A stretch of 64,000 bases of DNA, from the NCBI RefSeq assembly GCF_009914755.1, contig NC_060930.1. One strand, written 5' to 3'. The notes under the pieces were generated by a model, which was not told the DNA's origin, ran no database searches, and saw only the letters and a list, made by a program, of their open reading frames with translations. The stretch is from the human T2T-CHM13v2.0 reference genome, Homo sapiens. Each line of letters starts with the position of its first letter. Position 1 is the first letter of the stretch. The translations under genes were made by a program, and so were the position numbers. Shown one piece after another: positions 1 through 12,400 of the stretch.

Positions 1-2
1 GA

Positions 3-230
<228 letters not shown>

Positions 231-239
231 AAAAAACAA

Positions 240-1810
240 GTAGAAAGTGGAGTTTCCAAATACCCTCTTATTTCATCTCATTCCCCAGTTTTCTGTATTA
301 TCAACATTTTCATTTGTGCTGTATATTTGTTACAATAGAGGCATCAATATATCTTATTATTAACTAATGTCCATTGTTCATATTAATCTCCACTCTTTGT
401 TGTACATTCTGGTAGTTTTGGTAAATGTATAATAACATGTGTCTCTTAGATCAGTTTCACACAGAATAGTTTTACTGCCCTAACAATTCCTTGTGCCACC
501 TGCTTCCTCCCCAAACTCTGGAAACCACTCTTTTAACTATTTCCAGATTTTTGCCTTTTCCAGAATGTCATATGCCTAGAATCATACAGTATACATTGTT
601 TTTTAGATTGGCTTCTTTTAGTTAACAATAAGCATTTAAGATCTCTCTCTGTCTTTTAATGGCTTGATAATTAATTAATTTTATCCTTGAATATATTCTA
701 TTGTAGGGATGTACCCGAGTTATTCATGTATTGAAGGAAACCTTGGTTGCTTCCAAGTTTTACAACTATAAATAAAGTTCTATAAAATTCATGTACAGGT
801 TTCTGTGTGGACATAAGTTTTCAACTCCATTTGGTAAACACCAAGGAGCACAATTCCTGGATTGTATTGTAAGAGCATGTTTAGTTTGGAAAGAAACTGC
901 CAAATAATCTTTTTAAGTTGCAGCAATTTGCATTCCCACCAGTAGTGAACTAGAGTTTCTTTTGTTCCACATCCTCACCACTGTTGGTGTTGTTGATGCT
1001 CTGGATTTCAGCCATTCTACTAGATGTGAATGGTATGTAATTGTTATTTTAACTTGCTGTTTCCTAATGACTTTGATGTTGAGCATCCTTTCATATGCTT
1101 TTTTGCCATCTGTCTCTCTTGTTTGCTGAGATGTCTGTTCAGACATTTTGCCCACTTTTTAATTAGGTTGCTTGTTTTCTTATTCTTGAGTTTTAAGAGT
1201 TCTTTGTATATTTTGGATTCAAAATCTTTTAACAGATAAGTGTTTGGCAAATATTTCTTCCTAGGCTATGTGTTGTCTTTTCAGTGTTTTAACAGTTTCT
1301 TTTGCAGAGCAGTAGATTTTTAAATTAATAAAGTCAAAATTATTATTTTCTTTCTTGCATAGTGCATTTGGTATGGTAATTGAAAAATAATCACCAAACC
1401 TAAGGTCGTCTAGTTTCCTAGGATATTTATATTTTTGCCTTTTAGAGTTAGGTCTACAATTGATTTAATTTTTGTAAATGGTGTAAGATCTGTGCCTAGA
1501 TTTATTCATTCATTCATTCATTCATACATGTGAAATTATAGTTGTTCTAGCACCATTTTTTAAAGACTATTTTTTCTCCATTAAACTGCCCTTCCATCTT
1601 TCTTTGTCAAAGATCAGTTAACTCTATTTATGTAGGCTCATTTCTGAGCTCTCTGTTCTGTGCTGTTGATGATTTGTCCATTCTTTAGCCAATACCAACC
1701 TACCTTTATTACTACAGTCATGTAGTGTCAATCCTATGACTTTGTTCTCTACATCAATATTGTGTTGGCCATTTTGTCTCTTCTGCTTTTTCATGTAAAC
1801 TCTACAATAA
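240..1810 (-). mobile_element. Old L1 (L1MC-like) 3' UTR and ORF2 3' end
   Basis: Minus ORF 1044-1250 ([31 protein letters not shown]) is L1 ORF2p C-terminal sequence; the flanking sequence resembles an L1MC 3' UTR. Confidence 0.85.
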
Positions 1811-2067
1811 GTCGATACTAAATTTTTGGCAAAAAACTGACTTTGAAAATTTATGATGAAATTTTAATTTTTGTATTAGGATTCTTATGTTAATGATTAA
1901 AGATGCACTTTGTGTTTTTTTCAGTCAAAGAATATATCAGCTCTGCTATGAGTATAATCATATTGCTAAGTATATATATATGTTGATCATGTATTATATA
2001 TATAAATCTTATATAATGTATATGTAAATTTAAAAAATACATTTTTGTTAAAAACATTAAATATAGC

Positions 2068-2659
2068 ATAATGTCATTTTAATCAATGTCATTTTATTAT
2101 AACATCTATGAGGTGAAAAAAATTCATTATAGTCCAGGGTTGCTGTCTGTGTGTAGTTTGCATGTTCTCTGCATGTCTGCATGAGTTTTATCTGAGTACT
2201 CCAGTTTCCTCCTACAACCCAAGGATGTGCGTGTTAGGTTAATTTGTGTGTCTATGATCCCAGTAGAGTGAGTGTGTATGTATATGTGAGTGTACCCTCT
2301 GATGGAGTTGCATCCTGTTCAGGGTTGGTGCCCAGTTGTACCCTGAGCTACCAGGACAGGTTCCAGCCACCATGGCCCTGAAATGGAATAACTGAGCAAA
2401 TAATTATCTCACCTGTTTTTATTAATCTTTTTAAATGTATGTAGAGCTCATATTCATTTTGGTGTTTAATATTAGAAGTGTTTGGCTTTTATTTAGAAGT
2501 TTGTTGGTGTTTTGTGAACAAAATATGCTGCAGGAACTTCATTCTTATTTAAACAAGAGTTCTTGATACAAAAATTTGCAAAATTGGTTTCATTATACAT
2601 CATTTTATAAAATCTGAGTTTCTAAGAACCTATCAATGATGTTAAATGAGGACTTACTG
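2068..2659 (+). mobile_element. MER6A-like non-autonomous TcMar-Tigger DNA element
   Basis: Matches the remembered MER6A consensus (ctgtctgtgtgtagtttgcatgttctc...gagtactccagtttcctcc; terminus aagaacctatcaatgatgttaaatgaggacttactg), followed by TA at 2660-2661. Confidence 0.85.
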
Positions 2660-4062
2660 TATATATAAAATGATATATTCTTTATATATTAAAAAATGTG
2701 ATAATTTCCTTGGTTAAAATCTGAAGCTTATTACATAAATGATGTAAAATTCAAGTCTACCCATTATAATGTACATGAATTATGGTGTCAGAGATATAGC
2801 TATCTGCTGTTATTATATCCAGATATGTATTCTTTGATTATTACCTCCCTATAAAATGGCATAAGTAGAAAGATTTTGACACTTCTTCCGAATTTCAAAT
2901 TCCAGGATTTCATTTCTCTTTCTTCCTCTTATTTTCTCATGTAACATATGCTTTAAAAAAGGGATAAAACTGCAATAAAATTTTATTGCATTGCTTTGCA
3001 TGTGTGTAGTTTTGTCTGTGATTTTTAAAGTCTTGGATTAACATCTCTTTAGAGTATTTACTAGAGAAAATCCATTTTTCAATTCTGGTAGAACCAAAGA
3101 TTTGAGATTCTTAAAAAAAATTCTTGTTACTTTTGAACATTTTCTTGTTTATTCATGATTAAATATTTACCTTATGTTGCTTATATATGCTGAGGATCAC
3201 TTGTTTTAAGTGTTTGACAAAATAAGAGGTATATCCATTTTGACTGACAAGCGATGATATTTTAATTAATTGGTGCTTTTAAAATAATTGATGACAGAAG
3301 AAAACGCAGAACAGCAAAAGGCAGAGAAATCTATAAGATGGATAGTTCCATATTTTTATTCTGTCTGAAAGAGAATTTTCAGTCATTGGTTCTTTTCTCA
3401 TGAGAGGCTTTTTTAAAAATGTTAATAATCAATTATTTCTGTACAGTACAATCTGTTCTATCGAAGATACAGACAACAATAGGTTTGTCCTCAGTAAAGT
3501 GGCTGAAGTATGCCCTATTAATTATTATTTACCTGGTAAACAAATGCACAACGAATACCTTTTTATTAAAGGAAATGGGAATGCTGGTTCATGGTGCTTT
3601 CTTACTTTAGTGTGCTTGAAAATTCTTTTATTCTAGAACCTGAATATTCTATGCACAAACTTCTACCCCTCAAGGAAAAAAAATTGTCATACTGTGTACC
3701 TCTGGGGTGTGTGTACCTATGGAATTACAACTAAAAGAGAGAGCCCGGATTTTAACTCTGGCATGTTAAATCAAGAGCTATGCCTTACATTTTAAAGCCC
3801 TGCGCACTTCAGATAAACTTAAATTTTTGATTGTTTTCTTCTTATTATTTTTGTGTTATAGCAATACTAATTGGCTTTATAAGACTTCTGACAGGGGTAC
3901 AGAGATCAACTTAATGCTTCTAGTTGTATTAGACTCTGAAGTTTAACTGCTTTATTTGCTCAGAAATTTTGAAAAAATGACTGTTCTGATTAAAGCTATA
4001 TGGTAAATAAGTGTATCACTTAAAATACAAACCATAGACAGCCTGTATTATAATAAATTTAA

Positions 4063-4197
4063 ATCAGTGAAGATGCAAATTCTTAGATCCAAACCTAAAT
4101 ATATTGAATTATTTTATCAGAAGTAGAGTCCAGAAATGAATAATGCCAATAACAGTCACCATTATATATTCTAAAGTTGGATTATAATTGCTGTAGA
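4063..4197. mobile_element. Degenerate MER5-like hAT fragment
   Basis: Weak similarity to the MER5A core (atgcaaattcttagatcc...attgaat...tattctaaagttgg). Confidence 0.35.
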
Positions 4198-4329
4198 TAA
4201 AATTAAGAATTTCTTAGTTTTTCATTGTTCATCTTAAACAATTGAATAATAATTCCGTATACCAAAATTCCAAAAATTTTTTAAATGCATTCTTCTAACT
4301 GGGCAGACAATCCAGTAGCTTTTTCTCCA

Positions 4330-4590
4330 GCCATCCAATTATCCATTTATTCAAAACTGTACATTGATCACTTGCTATGTGCCAGATGTTACATTGGAAG
4401 TTAGAGATAGAGGTTCAGCCTCTGTGAAGCAATCTCTAATGTAATGATAACATATCAAATTATGAAAATCAATCCATAGTGGAACTATTTTGGTAAAAAG
4501 ATATAGTTGAAGAGATGACAGTCATTCATTATCAAACATCTATTCCTGTAATATGTATAACAGTGCCTGTTGTGCCAGGTTCTGAATGGT
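4330..4590 (-). mobile_element. L2 3'-end fragments
   Basis: catttattcaaaa...cttgctatgtgccag and tcattcattatcaaacat...tgtgccagg motifs typical of antisense L2 tails. Confidence 0.45.
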
Positions 4591-5980
4591 ATAATAAATG
4601 ATTTTTACCAACTAATTTAAACCAAGTGTGTTGTTTGAATTTGGTTATTGCAGAAAAAACAGCGGGGAAGATTCTAATTTTGAACTTTACATATATTAAC
4701 ATGAGGTCTTGGAAAATTTATTTTTATCTGTATTACACATATAGTTGCACATTTTCTCTTTCACAGAATTGTGATGTCATAGACTATAAGAATTATTTAG
4801 GAGTGGATATTTTTTAAAATGATATGCTGAGTATATTTTATTGTCATTAATGTTAGTAATAATAAGTGATGAAGCATATTTCTCAAGTTCTGAAAGACTT
4901 TGGCATTATGCTAACCAATTATACTTCTTGTGCTTGCATTTCTAAAGCCCAACAAACATGGGGAAATGAAGAGAGTTTACCTTGAGGTTGTGTCTGTCAA
5001 CATATTTGAAATATTCCTACTGCTATTTTAATCTTGCTACTGAACTCTGCATTTATAGAATCAATGCAATTCAACATAGTAATAAAACATTAAAAATAGT
5101 TAATGTTTTTCATGATCTATTCCTTTTCTTGATTTGATATAGTTATTGATAATCATTTTCTATTACCTTGTTAAATCTAAGGTCAATATTAATCTAAATT
5201 GAGATAAGAGTCTTATAACAATGAAGGTGACTAATGTTAGGGGTAGTACTTATAGCATTCAATTAAGTGCAGAAATTTCAGTTATAATAGCTAAACCTCT
5301 GGTTTCTCTGGTTTGGTGTTAAGTGTTAAAACCAGAGACATGGAGAGCTGAAATGGTACTGTATGAGCAAATTGAAAATGAAAAAGAACTGTAAACAAGT
5401 ATTCAAAATGAACACTTAGAAAAATAAACATTTCAGAGTCTATTTTAACAATCACTTCTAACTGTATCCATGACAATAAGCTCCCCTAGGTTATCCAGCA
5501 ACTTGAAATTCAGCATTCAACAGAGAAGAGAATAAGTGCAAAAGAATGCTCGATGAATCCGTTAGGAGTCAAACCTAGGTGCTACTGTATAGGCAATCAT
5601 CAAAGAATAGTGTCTTCAAAATAAATTGGGCCAATGTAGCATTGCCGCTTTTATTTATAGATGAAACTCTTCTCAATTCTGCTCCCTGAGCTCTTTGCTT
5701 TATCTTGAACTTATTTCACTTTCTTTTTCCTACTGAAGTTCTGTGTGATTTGGCTTTATGAGAATTACACTCTTTCTTTCCATTGAGCCTGCTGAGTTTA
5801 AGGTAGCCCTGAGTTGCAGGCTGATGGGGCCTCGGAACAAGGAGAGTAGTATACCTGTGGGTGTCCCATATAGCAAATGCACAAAATTAAATAGTAAGTC
5901 ATACTTTCCTCCCTAGTATATACAGAGATTTACCATCAATCTTAATTTCTTATCATTTTCAATTCTTCTAAGAATCTTAG

Positions 5981-6709
5981 TTTTTAGTTTTCTATTTTTC
6001 TTTTTCATTTGCTGTCATCAATCCCAAAACATTTTAATGAAAGATTTTGTTTATTAAGATGTGGTATGTTAATGTGCAGTGATTTGGGTCATTTTGTGTT
6101 GGTACATTTTATGTTAAAGTGGATTTGCCTTTGGTAGATTTTTCTGTTTGACTGTTTCCTAAATAAGGGTAAGAATTTTGAAAAGCAAAACATTTAGTGT
6201 TCATTAAGCAACATCTGTTTGGTATTTGGCCAAAATTTGAAATTTCAATATTATTGGCATCACCAATTAATCAATCCTCAGTAGAAACTTCAATCTTTTT
6301 TCATGGACTCTGAGCTTTGGGCAATTTATCAAGTGGTGCTCTCGTGGTCCCAATTCTATTTCTCACTGCTTTTTCTCAGCTTATCAGTTAGGTGTGATAG
6401 TTCCTTCAGGTACTCTTGTAAATCCAACAGATCACCATCATCAGTGTCATTTACTGACTGCCAGATAAATACTTTGCAGAGCATGGTGTAAACTGCTTCT
6501 CTGGGAAATCTAACTCCACACATCAATATATCTTTCTTTTCTAAAGTGGCACTCCAATATGTGCTACTAAGCAACAGTTATCTCTCTGACAGATCCAGTG
6601 TTCTTTTAGATACTTTTCTCATGGGTCATGCAGCCAAGACTTGAGACAAAGTTTTGTTATTTGTATTAAAAGATTCTTCTAGTGGACACACCAAGTTGAA
6701 ACTCAGGAA
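5981..6709 (-). pseudogene. Decayed coding-like retrocopy of unknown parent (candidate endogenous bornavirus-like nucleoprotein fragment)
   Basis: One minus frame from 6709 to 6356 has only two internal stops (6628-6626, 6580-6578). A 1-nt shift in the A5 run (6374-6370) continues ...LRKAVRNRIGTTRAPLDKLPKAQSP*KKIEVSTED* to 6271. Downstream lie AATAAA (6055-6050), ATTAAA (6038-6033) and an A-rich tract (6010-5981). No convincing TSD; the viral similarity is by eye only. Confidence 0.4.
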
Positions 6710-6977
6710 AGTAAATATTTAGCTAGCTTTATACAGTAGAAAAAAGTATACTACATAATTTTTAAGCAGCAGAGGGTGGACAAAGTAACAGATAATGTGA
6801 ATATTTTTAAGGGTTCTGAACTTTGATTTATTTTTCATATTATGACTTTCTGTGTGAATATTACCTGTTGTTTCCAGTGAGTGCACAATTAGCAAGCTGT
6901 CTTGCTACTTGGCAGGGGTTATTCCTTTCTGTGCTGGTTAATGATGTACAACCAGACTCTGCTTTCAAAGCCTATTT

Positions 6978-7042
6978 CTGTATTCTGAAGTTTATGTTCC
7001 CTCTAAAATTCATGTGTTGAAACCTAATCCCCAACATGATTG
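6978..7042 (+). mobile_element. MaLR (MLT1/MST) LTR 5' fragment
   Basis: tttatgttccctctaaaattcatgtgttgaaacctaatccccaacatgattg matches the MLT1A/B LTR start. Confidence 0.6.
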
Positions 7043-7303
7043 CAAGTTCTGACATGAGTCTAGACAATTTGAACTTTTGATAGTTTCTCCCAAAACAATA
7101 TAATGCATTTTATCAATTAATGGATAATATATTTGATCCCATTAATTTGCATAAATATTCCATTCTACCTACACTTGAATTCTATGATACCATAATGTTC
7201 CAGCTTTTACCTATAATCTTACATTTCTTTGTCTGCTTCACTCATTCCATCTCCTGGTTTTGTTCCCATCCCTTGCTTAAATGCTTTTGCTAATTTGGTT
7301 GAG

Positions 7304-7769
7304 TGTAGCAGATGTGGTTGAAACCCCATTACCCCTTGATACTCAAGGGATCCATACATGTTTATATGCTTATTCTGCAAACTCCTACTACCTAATACCT
7401 GAGAACTACCTCTAGCCATAGAGATGTTTTCCAGCAATAGCATGGGCCATGTCAGGAGCACCAGGCAACTAACGTTCTTGAGGGTAGTCTTTAACCAATG
7501 GCAAGTGGGAATGGTGGATACATAGCCCACTTCCTTTATTTTTGGGAGAAGAGGGTCAGGGTAGATCAATTTTGAGGCACGTTATAGTCAACATTATCTA
7601 TCCTGTTGTACTGTAATCTGTGCATTAAGCCACTCTGTATTGACTTTCTTCCTTTCCTTGTCTCACTTTGCATTCCCACCAGTGCTTCACGAGATTACTT
7701 ACCTAATAAATAACTTGTACTAAAATATCTTTATTCAAAATCTCCTCCTGGGTAACCCTACCTAAAACA
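7304..7769 (+). mobile_element. LTR16-family ERVL solo LTR
   Basis: Starts tgtagcagatg, has aataaa near its 3' end and ends ctgggtaaccctacctaaaaca, as in LTR16 consensus ends. Confidence 0.75.
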
Positions 7770-8029
7770 GTCATGTTATTTAGCTTTTTAAGTTTCAGTT
7801 AACTTGCTATAAAAGATGGAGGTAAAACATTGAACTACATGCTATTTGTATTAAATGAAATAAATTCTGTAAAGCATTTTGTATGATAAATATTTTGTAC
7901 ATAAGACATTATATTTCTTATCACCCATGTGAAATGATATTTGCTCATTCTAACTTATCTGTGTATTAACTCTGGGTTACTCTTTTTAGGATTTTATTTT
8001 CACTGTTTCCTCTTTGCTGAAATGTTCTC

Positions 8030-9030
8030 AGAAACCATAGATTTATGGACTATAAACCAAATGTGGCCTACAGATGCGGTCAATTTGGTCCTCATAGTGA
8101 AACAAGATAGTTTCCTTGAACCCTTTGCAGGACTTGCGACAAGTGTGGCTCCTTTACTAGGTCACCATGCTCAACACCTTACAAGAGGGAGCATGGGTTC
8201 CCACACCCAGTGCATACCAAATTCCTCCCAAGAGGAATGAGGTCACACAGATTTGCATGATAGTGAATGTGGAGATTTAATTGGGCAGTGGGAAGTGGCT
8301 CTCAATGGGATGGGGAGGTGGAAAGCGGATGGAATGAGAAGGTGGTCTTCCCCTGGAGTTTGGCCATCCCTGGCCAATCTCCTCTCCAACAATACTGTCT
8401 GATGTCCAGCTGCCTCTTCTCTTGACAGTCAGATGGTTCTTTCTTCTGTCCTTCTCTGCCATGCCATTCTGCTCCTCTGCCAGTGGAGCTAGTGGTTTTA
8501 ATGGGTACAGGATAGGAGGAGTGGCAGACCATGCCAAAAGGCAACATTCCAGCAGGAAGATGGGGATGTGAAGTTCTCATTTTAGGGCTGTGGGTCCAGG
8601 CTTGACGGTGGAACTCTCACCAGGGACCCAACACTTTTCTACCCAGTATTTCCCTGCTTCCTGTCTGTATCAGGTGAACAAAAGATTATAAGGTGCAAAT
8701 TATTGTCAATATTTAAGATGAGGAAATTTTATGCTTGAAAGCCAGTATCTCTCAATTATTTTGGTAGAAAACAACAACAGAAAATCAAGAAAAGAGCCTG
8801 AGTTCTTGCATGTTAAGAGTCATTTGATATTAATATAAGCCACCCACCCACTATGGATATAGTACATGCTCAGCTGTTATATAAACAATAAGGTTGACAG
8901 TCAATTGTTACTCATAGTAACATTTGCTGCATTGTTGTTCCTTTAGAAATGCTAGAAATAAAGTGAAATATTTCCTGTAATTATGTCTATGTACAAAGAG
9001 GGAAAACAAAGAAAAATAGACTGAAAATTA
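8030..9030 (+). mobile_element. Charlie4/MER102-like hAT fossil, split by the LTR at 8098-8672
   Basis: ccaaatgtggcctacagatgcg...tttggtcctcatag before the LTR continues after it with attgtcaatatttaagatgaggaaattt...aaagtgaaatatttcctgta...gggaaaacaaag. Confidence 0.55.
8098..8672 (-). mobile_element. ERV1 solo LTR, LTR27/LTR28/MER52 group
   Basis: Minus strand begins TGATACAGACAGGAAGCAGGGAAATACTGGGTAGAAAAG and ends ...TTTCA (TG...CA termini). Confidence 0.8.
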
Positions 9031-9457
9031 CCTTTTCATATGTTCATGACTTATTTGACCTAATAAAGTGCTTTGTCTTTAAAGAAAATAAAATGCCATC
9101 TGCTATATTTATTTTACCCTCATCTTGTACAAGGTATTTTAGTATAGACAGATTTTCTTACATACATTTTCATTTTGTCAGATCCCCCTCTCCCCCAATT
9201 CTATAGCACATGTTTAAATGCTCTTAAATTATACGTGGAATTTTAGGTAAAATATTTGAAAATGCATATGGATTTTAAGGGGTTTCATATATGTATTATG
9301 AAATTGTGTATTAAAGAAACAGATTATTTGGTAGTAGTGCAGCCTGGGAATCAGGCTTTATGGAGACTTCACATGGCAATTAACAGACTACTGATTTTGT
9401 GATTTTCCATACTTTACCTTGATTTTTAAAATTGTTTTTGTATTTTTTAAAAAAGAA

Positions 9458-12400
9458 TTTTTTCCCATTCTGCAGATTGTCTTTTTATTCCAATAGTTTC
9501 TTTTGCTATACAGAAGCTGTTTAGTTTAATTTGGTTGAATTTGTCAATTTTTTGTTTCTGTTGCACTTGCTTTCAGCATCTTTGTCATTAAATCTTTACC
9601 AGGGGTTATGTCCAGAATGGTATTTCTTAGGTCATCTTCAAGGGTTTTTATAGTTTTATGTCTTACATTTAAGTCTTTATCCACTTTGAGTTGATTTTTG
9701 TATATGTTGAAGTATCTTCTGCATATAACTAGCCAGTTATGCCAGCACCATTTACTGAATATGGAGTCTTTTCTTGTTTTTGTCCACTTTTTTGAAGATC
9801 AGATGGTTGTAGGTATGCAGCTTTATTTCTGGGCTCTTTACTCTTTTCCACCGGTCTATGTTTCTGTTTTTGTACCAACACCATGCTGTTTTTCTTATTG
9901 TAGCCTTGTGGTATAGTTTGAAGTCAAGTAACATCATGACTCCAGCTTTGTTCCTTTTGTTTCATATTGTCTTGGCTATTTGAGCTTTTTTTTGTTGTTG
10001 TTGTTCCATATGAATGAATTTGAAAATACTTTTATTTCTAATTGTGTGAACAATGACATATAAATTTCAAACTGTTCAGTTTAATTAAATTAAATATGTA
10101 AATTGCTTTGGGCAGTATGGCCATTTTAATGATATTGAATCTTCTTACCTATGAGCATGAAGTTTTTTTCCATTTGTTTCTGTCATCTCTGATTTCTTTG
10201 AGCAGTGTTTTGTAATTCTCATCATAGGGATCTTTCACCTTCCTGATTAGCTGTATTCCTAGGTATTTTATTCTTTTTGTGGGTATTGTGAATGTGATTG
10301 AATTCTTGATTTGGCTCTTAGCTTTGACGTTATTTGTGTATAGTAATCCTACTGCTTTTTGTACATTGATTTTGTATCTTGAAATTTTGCTGAAGTTGTT
10401 TATCAGATCAAAGAGCTTTTGAGCAGATAATATGGGATTTTCTAGATATAAAATCACATTGTCTGCAAACAGAGACAGTTTGATTTTTCTCTCTTTCTAT
10501 TTGGATGCCTCTTATATCTTTCTGTTGCCTGATTGCTCTGGCTAGGACTTCCAGTACTATGTTGAATAGGAGTGGTGAGAGTAGGCATCTTTGTTGTGTT
10601 CTGGTTCTCAAGAGGAATGCTTTCAGCTATTGCTCATTCAGTATGATATTGGCTATGGGTTTGTCAGAGATAGCTCTTATTATTTTGAGGTATAATTCTT
10701 CAATGCCTAATTTGTTGAATGTTTTTAACATGAAAGTATGTTGAGTTTTATCAAAAGCCTTTTCTGAATCTATTGAGATGATTATGCGATTTTTGTTTTT
10801 TATTCTGTTTGTGTGATGAATCACATTTGTTGATTTGCTTATGTTGAACCAACCTTGCATTCCAGGGATAAAGCCTACTTGATTGTTATGGATTAGCTTC
10901 TTGATGTGCTGGCGAATTTGGCTTGCTAATATTTTGTCGAGAATTTTTGCATCAGTGTTCAATTAAAGATATTGGCCAAAGTTTTCCTTTTTTGTTGTGT
11001 CACTGCTAGATTTTAGTATCAGTATGAGGCTGGCCTCATAATATGAATTTGGGAGGAGTCCATCTTCCTCAATTTTTTGAAATAATTTTAGTAAGAGTGG
11101 TACCAGCTCTTGTTTGTTCATCTAATAGAACTTGGCTCTGAGTCTGTCAAGTCCTGGGATTTTTGGCAAGCAGAGTTTTTATTACTGGCTTAATTTCAGA
11201 AGTCATTATTGGTCTGTTCAGGGATTCAATTTCTTCCTAGTTTAATCCTGAGAAGTTGTATGCTTCCATGAATTTATGCATTTCTTCCAGGTTGTGTGCA
11301 TAGAGGTATTCTTAGTAGTCTTTGAGGGTTTGCTGTGGAGTTAGTGGCAATGTCGCTTTTGTCATTTCTTATTGCATTTATTTGGACCTTTTCTTTTTTT
11401 TCTGTATTATTCCTTCAAAGAACAAATTTCTGGATTCATTGACCTTTTGTATGGATTTTTGTGTCTCAATTTTTTTGGTTCAGCTCTGATTTTTGTTATT
11501 TTTTGTCTCCTTCTGGCTTTGGGTTTAGTTTGCCCTTTTTACTTTAATTCCTCTAAGTGTGATGTTAGGTTGTTAATTTGAGATCTTTCTAACTTTTTGA
11601 TGTGGGTGTTTAGCACTATAAACTTCCCTCTTAACGCTGCTTTTCACCAGAGATTGTTGTATGCTGTATGCTTGTGCTCACTAGTTTCAAAGAATATCTT
11701 AATTTCTTGCCTTAATTTCATTGTTTAATAAAAAAATTTCAGGAACAGGTTGTTTAATTTCCACATAATTGTATAGTTTTGAGTGATTTTCTTAGTATTG
11801 GTTTCTATTTTTTATTGTTTTGTGGTCTGAGAGTGTGTTTGGTATACTTTTTTTACTTTTTATTTTTAATTTGCTGAGAATTGTTTCACGGCCAATTGTG
11901 TGGTTGATTTTAGAGTGTGTGCCATATCCAGATGTGAAAACTGTATATTCTTTTTTGGGGGGTGGAGAGTTCTATAGTTGTCTGTTAAGCACATTTACTC
12001 AAATGTTAAGTTTGGGTTTCAAATATCATTGTTAGTTTTCTGCATTGAGGATATGTCTAATGCTGTCAGTAGGGTATTGAAATCTTCCTCTATTTATGTG
12101 TGATTTGCAAACCATGCATCCAACAAAAGCCTAATATCCAAAATATATAAGGAACTTAAGCAAATTAACAAATAAAAAACAAACAACTCCATTAAAAAGT
12201 GGGCAAAGGGAATGAACAGACACTTTGCTAGAGAAAACATACAGGTGGCCAACAAACCTAAACAAATACTCCACATCACCAATCATTAAATAAATGCAAA
12301 TCAAAACCAAAATGAGATACCATCTCATACCAGTCAGAATGGCTTTTACTAAAAGTCAAAATATAACAGACCCTGGCAAGGTTGCAGAGGAAAGGGTATG

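Noticed and set aside
3400-3636. 78-aa ORF with possible splice sites (tttctgtacag at ~3446, ctg/gtaaac at ~3535)
   Set aside because: No recognisable protein similarity, weak donor and no partner exons; consistent with chance
5962-6681. attcttcta at 5962-5970 and 6673-6681 as TSD of the putative retrocopy
   Set aside because: Only 9 bp, AT-rich, not adjacent to the A-rich tract and inside the apparent reading frame
9752-10962. ORFs with reverse-transcriptase motifs as a gene or novel RT system
   Set aside because: Frameshifted fragments of ordinary L1 ORF2
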